The notes: generated from the letters alone by a model not told the origin. A stretch of DNA of 64,000 nt from a virus (IMGVR_UViG_3300011338_000371:1-64000), one strand, 5' to 3'. Counted from the stretch's first letter, positions 7,427 to 16,104 are shown. Numbers and translations are program-made.

Positions 7427-7726
7427 TTAGCCGATGCTTACGTCCCAAAATCGTGGGTACTCGACACCGTTGATGGTTTCCATCTTTTTGAAGGTAGCGT
7501 AAATGCTTCCGCCAAACTGCTTTGCTTGTAACAAGTCTCCGAACTTGTAGTCGGAACTCTGCCCAATAAGGATTTCCATCTTGCTGTCTTTGTGAGAGAC
7601 GGTAGCGAAGGTGAAGTTGTTACGAACTCGGAAGGAACGCATCGAGAAAGTGTACTCTGTTTCAGGTACGAAAGACATTGTTGGGGCTGCGACAGCAGCA
7701 TCTGTTGTTTTAGGTGTGTTTGACAT
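7427..7726 (-). CDS. Orphan 99-aa protein at the strand switch
   Basis: Own terminator, A-rich leader and GC-richer codons. The overlapping alternative ORFs lack these supports. Confidence 0.7.
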   Translation of the reverse strand: MSNTPKTTDAAVAAPTMSFVPETEYTFSMRSFRVRNNFTFATVSHKDSKMEILIGQSSDYKFGDLLQAKQFGGSIYATFKKMETINGVEYPRFWDVSIG

Positions 7727-7946
7727 ATCTGTATATATTAGGGTTTGCTATTTGAGGAACCCACGGGGGGTGGGCTCGAAGTCGAAAGCATACGGGGATA
7801 GTGAAGATGGAGACCCCCAACCTCTCATAGATATAAAATAGTAGGGGGGTCTAAAAAATTTTGGGAAAAATTCCTCTTAGAAAAATTGGCAGGGTCTAAA
7901 ATTTTGGAAAATTTTTTTAGAAAAAAGGAAAAATTTGTTTTAGACT

Positions 7947-7954
7947 TATCTTTG
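7947..7954 (+). promoter_or_regulatory. Bacteroidota sigma70 -7 element
   Basis: TATCTTTG just upstream of ATG 7959. Confidence 0.55.
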
Positions 7955-7958
7955 GGGT

Positions 7959-8435
7959 ATGTATGTAGATCACTTAAAAGAACACAGCTTGATACAAGGA
8001 CTTCTGAAAAGACTTCCTAGAGTAGATCCTTATGTAACCCTTGCGATAAATGTCTCTCCTGATTACTCTTCTAATGTGACTATGCAAATAGCCCATCATC
8101 TTTCAGAGGGAGGGAAGATGTTAGACTTATATCATTTGGATGTTCCTTACCCTGGAGAAGGAAGAGATAGTTACGAGTTAGAGTTTAAGCGAGGCAGTGT
8201 TATTTTTCCTTACAAGTACGATAAGATTATTCTATGTGAAGCAGCAGTTCTCTCTGGTAATAATTATACTTGGATCAAAGAAAGACTTTTAGACATGGGT
8301 TATGAAAATGACGACATCATCACAGTAGCTCTCCTAGAAATGAACTCTAGTAAGTTTAAGTGTGACTTCGTAGGAGAGTATGTGAGTGATATGCCAGAAT
8401 TCTACTGGGAGAGATACAACAAGAATTGGGATTAG
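7959..8435 (+). CDS. Type I phosphoribosyltransferase-like protein
   Basis: PRPP-loop-like KIILCEAAVLSGNNY, then CDFVGEY and C-terminal PEFYWE, resembling Gpt/Hpt PDY.G and FPWE. Confidence 0.65.
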   Translation: MYVDHLKEHSLIQGLLKRLPRVDPYVTLAINVSPDYSSNVTMQIAHHLSEGGKMLDLYHLDVPYPGEGRDSYELEFKRGSVIFPYKYDKIILCEAAVLSGNNYTWIKERLLDMGYENDDIITVALLEMNSSKFKCDFVGEYVSDMPEFYWERYNKNWD

Positions 8436-8474
8436 GTCTTCTCTTTAGTCTCTTTACTTATTTTTAAATAAGAC

Positions 8475-8482
8475 TATCTTTG
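8475..8482 (+). promoter_or_regulatory. Bacteroidota -7 element
   Basis: TATCTTTG 8 nt before ATG 8490. Confidence 0.55.
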
Positions 8483-8489
8483 CTACTCA

Positions 8490-8873
8490 ATGAGACAGTA
8501 TCCTGATTTTTGGGGAAATGGCTACGCTACAGAGTTAATAGAGGTTATCTTTAAGGCTAGGTCTGAGAGGACTTATATTTCTGGATACGATGTAAGCGTA
8601 CTAAGGAGTCAGAGTTTTGATTCTTATAGCCCTATTAAGGGAGATTTCTACATAAGTGGTAGCAAGGTATACCTGACTCTTAGAAAGGGCTATAATGGCC
8701 TCTCTGTGCCTTTTACAACCGAGTTAATAAGCGAGAACAGACCTGCGGGTAATTTAAGATTTGAAGGACCTATAGCTGAGCCTCGTTTTATTGGAGCAGA
8801 CGTCCCTACCCTAACGTATATTAGAAACTTTTTGTTAATGACAGAAGACGGTAAACTCCTAGTACAGGAGTAA
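8490..8873 (+). CDS. Hypothetical virion-associated protein
   Basis: 127 aa preceding the fibre gene. C-terminus LLMTEDGKLLVQE resembles phage structural-protein anchor motifs. Confidence 0.65.
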   Translation: MRQYPDFWGNGYATELIEVIFKARSERTYISGYDVSVLRSQSFDSYSPIKGDFYISGSKVYLTLRKGYNGLSVPFTTELISENRPAGNLRFEGPIAEPRFIGADVPTLTYIRNFLLMTEDGKLLVQE

Positions 8874-8901
8874 CAAGAATAATAAATTAAAATAAAATAA
8901 A

Positions 8902-10869
8902 ATGAATATATCAGGCGAAGTAGTAAGAACCAGTCAACTACCAAAGAAGACTCTAGGACTTAACGATTCTTTGGTGGCTTTAATGAGTTCTCCTCTAGAG
9001 ACGGTGACTGTACCTGTTTCTGACTTTGTATCTTTTGTTGCCACTCAGCTGCTCACAGCAAGTGCGGATAGTCTAGATTCAGTAACTACTGTAGGAAACA
9101 CTACTGCAAATACAATCACTATTGGTGGAGCTACTTCTCCTTACTATCAATTAAACACTTTGTCTCCTGGAACTCAGGCAGTAGGTAGGTTTGTTTGGAA
9201 CGATGTAGACGGAACTGCTGACTTAAGATTAAAAGGAGGAAACGTCACCCTACAGATAGGCCAAGAAACCGTTGTAAGAGTTGTAAACAAAACAAACACT
9301 AACTTACTCGAATCTGAGTACAAAGTAGTAAGAGTTAGAATTGCCTCAGAAGGAGGTGCTCAAGGTCAACGTCTGGCTGTAGTTTTGGCACAGGGAAACA
9401 ACGATCCCGACTCTGTCACAACTTTAGGAATCGTAACGGAAAACATCAATAATAACCAAGAAGGTTTCATTACTGTTTTTGGAAACGTTAGCGGAATTAA
9501 CACAACAGGTTCTCTTCAAGGAGAAACTTGGGCAGACGGAGATGTTCTTTTCTTAAGTCCTACAACTCCCGGTGCTTTAACTAAAGTTAAGCCAGTTGCC
9601 CCTAATCACACCGTGGTAATGGGTTATGTAGTCTACGCTCATCAGAATAACGGAAAGATCTTCGTAAAAGTAGACAACGGGTATGAGTTAGAAGAACTTC
9701 ATGACGTACTGCCTACTCCTTACGTAAATAACGGAGTTCTTTATAGAGACACAACTGCTAATCTTTGGAGAAGTGCTACTATTTCTACTCTTTTAGGATA
9801 CACTCCGAGTAACGCAAGTGGTACTACTAATTATCTTTCTAAGTTTACAGGAACTACTACTTTAGGAAACTCGTTAATTTATGACAACGGAACTAATGTC
9901 GGAATAGGAACCACCTCTCCTACAGATAGACTTCATATTGTTGATGCTACTAATGCAAATATTTTTGCTCGTGTAACTGCTAATGGCACAAACGCTTCAG
10001 CAGCTTGGGTAGCCCAAAACGACCAAGTAGATAACGTAGTTTATAGAGTATTTGGTTCAGCGGCTACAGGAAGTCAAATGGGTATTTCTTTGGCTAGAAG
10101 TGCTTCATTGCTTGCTAACTTAGGAGGAACAGGGTCTTTCCTAGTAGGTACTTTTTCAAATACTGACTTTATTTTAGGTACAGCAAATACTGAAAGAGCA
10201 AGGATAACTACCTCAGGTAATTTCTTGATAGGAACTACTGTAGACTCAGGAAATAAGTTAACTGTAAGTGGTTCAGGACTAATAACTGGAACATCATCTT
10301 CTTTAGTTTTAACCTTACAGCCTTTTTCTTCGTCAACTGCAAATGTTTTTGAAACAAGAAATACAAGTGGAAATACTGCATTTTTTATTAATAGATTTGG
10401 AGGATTTCAAGCAAATGACATTGGCGGCATTGGCGGTGTTCTAGGTAATAGCCAATTATCAGTTATAAACAATGGACCTGTAGCGAGAGTTATATTAAAG
10501 GTAAAAAGTACAAGTGGTCAAACTGGAAATTATCAAGAATGGCTTAATTCAAGTGATGTAGCATTAATGACGTTTACAAATAATGGAAATTTATTAGTAA
10601 ACACTACTACAGACTCTGGCTACAAATTAGATGTAAATGGTACTGCGAGAGTAAGCGCTTTTGGGGTAGGAATTACTACTCAGAATGCAAGTGCATTACT
10701 TCAAGTAGATTCTACTACTAAGGGAATACTTGGTCCAAGATTGACTACTGCCCAGATTCTTGCTATCAGTACTCCTGCAGAAGGACTCTACGTCTACAAC
10801 ACAGATTTAAAAACTTTGTGTTTCTACAACGGAACTGCTTGGCAAAAAGTAACCTCTACTGCAATGTAA
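8902..10869 (+). CDS. Tail fibre / receptor-binding protein
   Basis: Thr/Gly/Ser-rich with GNVGIGTTSP-type beta repeats. C-terminal SALLQVDSTTKGILGPRLTTAQ...VYNTD...YNGTAW trimer motif typical of Bacteroidota and their phages. Confidence 0.8.
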   Translation: MNISGEVVRTSQLPKKTLGLNDSLVALMSSPLETVTVPVSDFVSFVATQLLTASADSLDSVTTVGNTTANTITIGGATSPYYQLNTLSPGTQAVGRFVWNDVDGTADLRLKGGNVTLQIGQETVVRVVNKTNTNLLESEYKVVRVRIASEGGAQGQRLAVVLAQGNNDPDSVTTLGIVTENINNNQEGFITVFGNVSGINTTGSLQGETWADGDVLFLSPTTPGALTKVKPVAPNHTVVMGYVVYAHQNNGKIFVKVDNGYELEELHDVLPTPYVNNGVLYRDTTANLWRSATISTLLGYTPSNASGTTNYLSKFTGTTTLGNSLIYDNGTNVGIGTTSPTDRLHIVDATNANIFARVTANGTNASAAWVAQNDQVDNVVYRVFGSAATGSQMGISLARSASLLANLGGTGSFLVGTFSNTDFILGTANTERARITTSGNFLIGTTVDSGNKLTVSGSGLITGTSSSLVLTLQPFSSSTANVFETRNTSGNTAFFINRFGGFQANDIGGIGGVLGNSQLSVINNGPVARVILKVKSTSGQTGNYQEWLNSSDVALMTFTNNGNLLVNTTTDSGYKLDVNGTARVSAFGVGITTQNASALLQVDSTTKGILGPRLTTAQILAISTPAEGLYVYNTDLKTLCFYNGTAWQKVTSTAM

Positions 10870-10892
10870 TAAACAAACAAACAAATAAAACA

Positions 10893-11183
10893 ATGGCAAC
10901 AAAAATTCAAACCGTTACTGTACCTGCACGTGGTGAAGGTAAGTACTTCACTATCAATGCGTTGACTTTTCCTATGAACGCAACTTCTATTACTTTTTAT
11001 TGGCAGATCTTGACCGAAACCTTTGAGACTGTAGAAGGTTCTGAAACTCCTGTTTCTAAACCAGGTTCTTCTATCTTGGATGGTAACTTGATTATGAAAG
11101 AAGACGTTATTGCTAATTGGGGTAATGACGATTCTGTAGTAATTGACTGGGCTTTGGCAGAGTTGGGACTTACTGCAGAGTAA
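10893..11183 (+). CDS. Small fibre-associated protein
   Basis: Start moved from 10818 to ATG 10893, which follows an A-rich leader. Acidic 96 aa ending VIDWALAELGLT. Confidence 0.65.
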   Translation: MATKIQTVTVPARGEGKYFTINALTFPMNATSITFYWQILTETFETVEGSETPVSKPGSSILDGNLIMKEDVIANWGNDDSVVIDWALAELGLTAE

Positions 11184-11219
11184 ATTTAAGACATTCTGTC
11201 GTATCTAACCAAAAGGTAT

Positions 11220-11227
11220 TATATTTG
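11220..11227 (+). promoter_or_regulatory. Bacteroidota -7 element
   Basis: TATATTTG upstream of ATG 11249. Confidence 0.6.
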
Positions 11228-11248
11228 TATTAAACCAATCAAAATATT

Positions 11249-11548
11249 ATGACTAAGCTTACAGAACAGGAAATCGAAACTATCAAAGGTTTCCAACAAC
11301 AGACACAGAACATCATCATGGATTTGGGTAAGATCGAAATCCAACTGATTGATTTAGAGAACGTTAAGTCTCAGGTTAAAGAGGCATTGACTACGGTAGT
11401 TAAAGACCAGAACGATTTCTTCAAGACAATCGAAGAAACTTACGGTAAAGGTCAGATCGACTTGGAAAGTTTCACACACATTCCTGCAGAAGCTCCCGAA
11501 GCAAATGAGGTTCCTGTAGTTCCTTTTACAGACGCAGAGATCTTGTAA
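11249..11548 (+). CDS. Coiled-coil chaperone-like protein
   Basis: Heptad pattern ending IEETYGKGQIDLESFT. Confidence 0.7.
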   Translation: MTKLTEQEIETIKGFQQQTQNIIMDLGKIEIQLIDLENVKSQVKEALTTVVKDQNDFFKTIEETYGKGQIDLESFTHIPAEAPEANEVPVVPFTDAEIL

Positions 11549-11598
11549 TAAAACTCATTTAAGTTCATTTAGATTAATTAGTAAGTTATTTTAGTGTA

Positions 11599-11633
11599 AA
11601 GAACCCTCAGAGAGATCTGGGGGTTTTCTTTTT
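11599..11633 (+). terminator. Rho-independent terminator
   Basis: AACCCTCAG-AGAGAT-CTGGGGGTT-TTCTTTTT. Confidence 0.7.
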
Positions 11634-11660
11634 AGTATTTGACTTATTTTTTTAATATAT

Positions 11661-11668
11661 TATCTTTG
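11661..11668 (+). promoter_or_regulatory. Bacteroidota -7 element for the lysis cassette
   Basis: TATCTTTG after the terminator and upstream of the holin. Confidence 0.5.
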
Positions 11669-11845
11669 AGATAACCAACCTTTTCTCACCTAAAGTTTAA
11701 TCTATGAAAGTCCGAAGTTGCTTTGAACATCCTTTCAGATATAACCATAATGGTGAGTTTTTCTGTATTTCTCACACTACTACTGTCTAAGTGGTTAGTG
11801 GAGGACTACGTCCTTAGTCTATTTAAACTAAAAAAAGGTATCTAT

Positions 11846-12094
11846 ATGAAACTATTAAATTTTATTAGCGGACTCTTTAAAGATGAGAAGGGATCTGTTT
11901 CTATGAAACGATTGTGCGGCTTGCTCTGCACTATTACTTTGTGCGCTACATTGTACGTAAACTCTTTTACTGAGTCTCACTTTGCTCCTTCTACTCCTTT
12001 GGTAGATGCTGTTGCTTTGTTGGCTTTTGGTTGTCTTTCTTTGACCAGTGCAGAGAAGATCATGAAAAAGAAGGAGGACTCTTCTGAGGCATAA
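11846..12094 (+). CDS. Putative holin
   Basis: Two TM segments, SMKRL motif and charged C-tail, directly upstream of the endolysin. Start ATG 11846 preferred over 11723. Confidence 0.65.
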   Translation: MKLLNFISGLFKDEKGSVSMKRLCGLLCTITLCATLYVNSFTESHFAPSTPLVDAVALLAFGCLSLTSAEKIMKKKEDSSEA

Positions 12095-12096
12095 TT

Positions 12097-12687
12097 ATGA
12101 GCTATACTAGAGAACAAATTGAAAAAGCTGTCGAAGCAAAAGGTTATAAGTACTTCGAAAACGGAGAATTTAACGTAAATATTGTAGGAATCCGTAACAG
12201 TGCTCCTGGCAAAAAAGTAACTAATCAGTTTGACGACTGGTTGAGTATCAGCTATAAAGAAAACGGTGAGTGGAAATGTTTTGTATACAGTGCAACAACT
12301 GATCCAGGCAAAGCACCTATGTCAGAAGGAAACAACGGAAAAGGCACTGCAAGAGTAGTTCCAGGCCAATACCCTGGATCACACATGATCGGTCTTCATC
12401 AGGGTAAGTATGAAGCACTTCGTCAGAAAGGGTTAATCAAACTCTACAGAGATGCAGACAAAGACATGGAGTATGATGAAGACAAGATTGTCGACAGTAC
12501 AGGTGATGGTATTAACATCCATAAGGCTGGTCAAGATTCTACTTGGATTGATCACTGGAGTCATGGATGTCAAGTGTTTAAAAAAGTTAAGGATTTTGAT
12601 GCTTTCATGAAAATATGCAAACAGTCTGCTAAACTCCATGGCAATTCTTTTACTTATACTTTGATCGAATCTAAAGACATCAAATAA
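12097..12687 (+). CDS. Putative endolysin, L,D-transpeptidase (YkuD)-like fold
   Basis: ATTDPG and INIHKAG...WSHGCQVF (His...S-x-G-C catalytic motif), in lysis-cassette position. Confidence 0.7.
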   Translation: MSYTREQIEKAVEAKGYKYFENGEFNVNIVGIRNSAPGKKVTNQFDDWLSISYKENGEWKCFVYSATTDPGKAPMSEGNNGKGTARVVPGQYPGSHMIGLHQGKYEALRQKGLIKLYRDADKDMEYDEDKIVDSTGDGINIHKAGQDSTWIDHWSHGCQVFKKVKDFDAFMKICKQSAKLHGNSFTYTLIESKDIK

Positions 12688-12968
12688 TGACTGCTAAGAA
12701 AATTAACTCAAATCCCTTACCCGTTAGTTTTGATCAATTCAAAAAGAATCCCGTAGCAGGTGTAGCATTTATTGCACTTGCCGGGATTACTTATCTTTAC
12801 TACGATCTACGTTCTGGTTATGTAGGCCAGATCGAAGCTAGTAACAAGAAGATTGAGATGCTTGATGTTAAGATGGATAGGATGGCAGCTGCACTTAAGA
12901 AATCTGACAGTGCACTCTCTGCAGCTATTACTGAACTTCGGATTATTAACACAATGAAAAGATTCTAA
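12687..12968 (+). CDS. Membrane-anchored coiled-coil protein (possible spanin/holin partner)
   Basis: One TM segment (PVAGVAFIALAGITYLYY) then coiled coil. Overlaps the endolysin stop. Confidence 0.6.
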   Translation: MTAKKINSNPLPVSFDQFKKNPVAGVAFIALAGITYLYYDLRSGYVGQIEASNKKIEMLDVKMDRMAAALKKSDSALSAAITELRIINTMKRF

Positions 12969-12972
12969 CTAA

Positions 12973-13413
12973 ATGAAAAACCTATTAATCGTATTTACTA
13001 TTTTCTTTTTGGCTGTTCACTTAGCTATGCCTTTGCGTGCAGTTGAGACTCCCCCAGTAGACGAGTTGGAGATAATGCTTAAGAAGCTTGAAAACAATCT
13101 TAAGGTTGCATCAGCTGTAACATCCGTTGCTAAGGCACAGGGAGAGGCTCTAGTGGAACAAAAAGTCGAAGAGAAGAAAGAGCTTCAAGAGGAACTAGTT
13201 ATTGCCTCAGAAGAGCTTAAAATCGTTTCTGAGAAGGTAGAAGTATTCGCTACTAGAATGATCGAAGTAGGACTTGATACCACAGTCTCTGTAGTAAACT
13301 TTAAAGAAGAAGATAACTTCATATTTAAAGGAGCCCTCTACGATGAGTGGTTAGAGTACAAAAAAGCAGGTGGTGAATCTGACTTTGAATATTACAGACT
13401 CTACAAGAAGTAA
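12973..13413 (+). CDS. Signal-anchored coiled-coil protein (possible spanin-like)
   Basis: N-terminal hydrophobic signal followed by heptad repeats. Confidence 0.6.
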   Translation: MKNLLIVFTIFFLAVHLAMPLRAVETPPVDELEIMLKKLENNLKVASAVTSVAKAQGEALVEQKVEEKKELQEELVIASEELKIVSEKVEVFATRMIEVGLDTTVSVVNFKEEDNFIFKGALYDEWLEYKKAGGESDFEYYRLYKK

Positions 13414-13416
13414 TTA

Positions 13417-13707
13417 TTAATCCTCTTTTTTCTTAGGAGCAGACTTCTTACGGGGTTTGCTCTTTTTCTTTTTAGGGGCTACCTCAGGACTTACTGAAGG
13501 GTTTCCAATCTCTTCTGCAATTGCTACAATCTCTTCTCCTGTAATAGGTTTTTCTTCTTGGACATGGGTAAGGCTTACTTCCTCCGAGAAATCCTGTTTC
13601 ATGTAGGTATTTTCAAAGTAAGCTTTGTCTCTTTGTTCTTGTTTGTAGGCAAGGAAAACTAAAACTAAAAGAATTAAAAGTAAAATAGAAATAAATGCTG
13701 TATTCAT
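13417..13707 (-). CDS. Membrane protein with basic C-tail
   Basis: N-terminal TM segment and PKKKKSKPRKK tail. The leader carries TAACCAAC repeats. Confidence 0.65.
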   Translation of the reverse strand: MNTAFISILLLILLVLVFLAYKQEQRDKAYFENTYMKQDFSEEVSLTHVQEEKPITGEEIVAIAEEIGNPSVSPEVAPKKKKSKPRKKSAPKKKED

Positions 13708-13711
13708 ATTT

Positions 13712-13735
13712 GTTGGTTAGTTGGTTAGTTGGTTA
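13712..13735. repeat. Tandem 8-mer GTTGGTTA x3
   Basis: Directly visible. Forms the A/C-rich leader of 13417..13707. Confidence 0.85.
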
Positions 13736-13769
13736 GTTAAGAAAAGAACATAGTTTTAATCCTTCCGAA

Positions 13770-14045
13770 AATTTCTTCTCAGAGTGCTATTACTGTCAAA
13801 GTTTATTATGTAGTTGTTTTTACGCCCAAATAGCTTCTCCGAGGGATAATGCTAAGTCTCTGTTCTGTCCACTTATTGCCTACAGTCTATTAGTCGTAGG
13901 TCAGAGTACTACATATTTCACTAGAACATTTTGACACTATCGGAGAAAACCAATTTCACCTCAGAGGGCTACTCTCACAATCCGACTTCTAGCAGACTAA
14001 TTTTTCATCCTCATCTGCGAACACTTTAGAAGTGGTGTCGGTAGC
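13770..14045 (-). ncRNA. Candidate pseudoknotted ncRNA (~280 nt)
   Basis: No ORF. Complementary pairs 13794-13800/13930-13936, 13808-13814/13908-13914, 13879-13883/13896-13900 and the crossing pair 13835-13842/13940-13947. Confidence 0.45.
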
Positions 14046-14111
14046 AAAAGTAATATGACTTTGTGTAATTAGTCTGGGATGTGAATAGTTTGTGAAAATC
14101 TTAGTGGAAGA

Positions 14112-14384
14112 TTAGAGTCCTGCTGCTGCCTGAGCATGCATATAATCAGTTTGTTGCATAGGTTCATCGTTATCTAACAAAGAATCTATAGCTAACTCAA
14201 TATATTCCCATAGCATTTCTTCATTATACTTCTTTCTGTAAGTGTAATCTTTAAAGCCTTGATACAATGCAACCTTAAATCCTCCTATGTCTCCTGCTAT
14301 TTTAACTTCTTCATCTTGCAGTGCGAGGAGAAATATATCGAATACTTCTTCTAGTGTCGGTTTCTTAGTCTTCTCCATTGCCAT
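14112..14384 (-). CDS. Hypothetical protein
   Basis: 90-aa ORF with its own upstream -7 element. Confidence 0.7.
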   Translation of the reverse strand: MAMEKTKKPTLEEVFDIFLLALQDEEVKIAGDIGGFKVALYQGFKDYTYRKKYNEEMLWEYIELAIDSLLDNDEPMQQTDYMHAQAAAGL

Positions 14385-14400
14385 AGTAGTATTGTTTATA

Positions 14401-14408
14401 CAAATATA
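14401..14408 (-). promoter_or_regulatory. Bacteroidota -7 element (leftward)
   Basis: TATATTTG on the minus strand upstream of 14384. Confidence 0.6.
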
Positions 14409-14568
14409 AACTTAAATAGACTTTTGTCTATAGTGTTCATCTAATTCTTACTAACCAATAATAGCAAATAATAACTACTTAAGTTAAATTTCTTGTTAAT
14501 ACGTATAACATTCTAGGTTATCAGTGTTCTAAACTTAACATTTAACTTGACTTTTTTTGTTACAATAG

Positions 14569-14576
14569 TATATTTG
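14569..14576 (+). promoter_or_regulatory. Bacteroidota -7 element (rightward, divergent from 14401)
   Basis: TATATTTG with an upstream TTG, before ATG 14601. Confidence 0.65.
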
Positions 14577-14600
14577 TTTAGCAAAAAACAAACCCAACCA

Positions 14601-14951
14601 ATGAAAGTAGCACGTAGATATGAAGAAGGAGTCAAGTTGCATCAAGCTTATATTGATGTATTGCTTAGGCTTGCAGGTTACAGGTTATCAGACTTGTATG
14701 TTAGTATATTAGCCCATAGTTCATACTACGGAACTTTAGACAAAAAAGTAAAAGAAAGAATCTCTAGTGAGTTTGACACATCAATCCAAGTAATATCTAA
14801 TGGTATTACTAAATTAAGGAAAATGGGCATCTTAGAAAAAAACACAGTCAATAAAAGATTGTGTCCTACTAGCAAGCAAGGTGTCACACTCACTCTAGTT
14901 CTTTCTACACAAGAGAACAAAGTAGAAACTAAACAAACAGCAACAGCTTAA
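14601..14951 (+). CDS. Winged-helix/HTH DNA-binding protein
   Basis: ISSEFDTSIQVISNGITKLRKMGIL HTH-like pattern. Start 14601 follows an A-rich leader. Confidence 0.6.
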   Translation: MKVARRYEEGVKLHQAYIDVLLRLAGYRLSDLYVSILAHSSYYGTLDKKVKERISSEFDTSIQVISNGITKLRKMGILEKNTVNKRLCPTSKQGVTLTLVLSTQENKVETKQTATA

Positions 14952-14954
14952 TCA

Positions 14955-15497
14955 ATGAAGTCAATAAGAGAGAAATACGATAGTATAGAACTTAAGACCT
15001 ATGCGGCTTACTCTGACGTTGCTAAGACTCTTGGTATGACTAATGATCAAGTAGGTACTGTTTATGAGTGGTATCTTAAAAAGACGATTGAAGACATTAA
15101 AGATCTTCCTACTGTAAAAGTAAGACTCTCTGGACTTGGAGTGCTAGTGTTTAATCCCAACAGAGCTATTAAGATAATCTCTAAGAAAATCCGTTCAGAG
15201 TATTTACTTACACAGGAACCTAGAGAAGATCTAACAGCACTCAGAGGATACGCTAACTATTACATGTTGGAGTGTTGGATTAAAATGCTAGACGATAGAT
15301 ACCAAAGAGGTCTATCTAAAAAACTTTACATACCTGCAGTAGTGCAGTACATGGATAACCAAATATTAGTACAAAAACAAAACCACAAAAATTTATATGA
15401 ATCCTTACAAAGAGTACATGGCCCTGAGCCTGAAGGGGCTAAAGAACTTGGACAAAGTCTTGCAGGGAGTAGCAACGAAAACAGCGAATCAATTTAA
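14955..15497 (+). CDS. HU/IHF-like protein
   Basis: DVAKTLGMTNDQVGTVYEWY...VKVRLSGLGVLVF fits the HU/IHF fold. Typical crAss-like position upstream of terminase. Confidence 0.6.
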   Translation: MKSIREKYDSIELKTYAAYSDVAKTLGMTNDQVGTVYEWYLKKTIEDIKDLPTVKVRLSGLGVLVFNPNRAIKIISKKIRSEYLLTQEPREDLTALRGYANYYMLECWIKMLDDRYQRGLSKKLYIPAVVQYMDNQILVQKQNHKNLYESLQRVHGPEPEGAKELGQSLAGSSNENSESI

Positions 15498-15774
15498 GCT
15501 ACTAAGTGATGAGAAACAGAACATTATCGCAGAAAGAATGGATATTTGTATCAAGTGTCCCTACAATTCAGCAAACGCAGTCACTTCCCCTGAGTACTTA
15601 CAACTTACGGGCAAACACTACGTCACCTCAAGGTCAGAGCTACACTGTTCGTTTTGTGGTTGCGTCTGTACCTACAAAACAGCGTCTCTTTCTTCGGATT
15701 GCGGAATAGAGACTTGGAATGCGGAACACCCCTTACATAAAATAGATTTAAAATGGAAAAGCACAGACAAGTAA
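15397..15774 (+). CDS. Zn-finger protein
   Basis: RMDICIKCP...CSFCGC...DCG...KW. Confidence 0.7.
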   Translation: MNPYKEYMALSLKGLKNLDKVLQGVATKTANQFKLLSDEKQNIIAERMDICIKCPYNSANAVTSPEYLQLTGKHYVTSRSELHCSFCGCVCTYKTASLSSDCGIETWNAEHPLHKIDLKWKSTDK

Positions 15775-15896
15775 CAAAAGTAACAAAGTCAACTATTAAG
15801 AATAGTTGCGACAAACGCCCTGGCAGCAAGTGTGGAGTTCAAATCTACTTCTTGCCTGCTGACAAACCTTTAACACAGGTTTCTTCTAAAAAATAA
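15753..15896 (+). CDS. Small basic protein (47 aa, not in ORF track)
   Basis: Hand translation MEKHRQVTKVTKSTIKNSCDKRPGSKCG...SSKK*, filling the operon gap. Confidence 0.5.
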   Translation: MEKHRQVTKVTKSTIKNSCDKRPGSKCGVQIYFLPADKPLTQVSSKK

Positions 15897-15897
15897 G

Positions 15898-16104
15898 ATG
15901 ATGGACAACCAACCAAATACCAGTCAGCCTTATGTATCTGCTACAATCCAAGATAACTTATTTGAATCATTTAAGATTTTCTGGAAAGCAGGTTACTCTT
16001 ATAGTAAGACAGGTAGAGACGAAGACTTCTATGCACGTGTGCTAGAGGACGCTATGAATCTACCACAACATGAATTTCTAAAAAAGTACTCAGATGGCCG
16101 TTAA
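15898..16104 (+). CDS. Hypothetical protein
   Basis: 68-aa ORF coupled to the next gene. Confidence 0.6.
   Translation: MMDNQPNTSQPYVSATIQDNLFESFKIFWKAGYSYSKTGRDEDFYARVLEDAMNLPQHEFLKKYSDGR

Noticed and set aside
7337-7841. ORFs 7337..7531(+), 7438..7701(-) and 7611..7841(+)
   Set aside because: They overlap 7427..7726(-), which alone has a fitting leader, codon bias and terminator.
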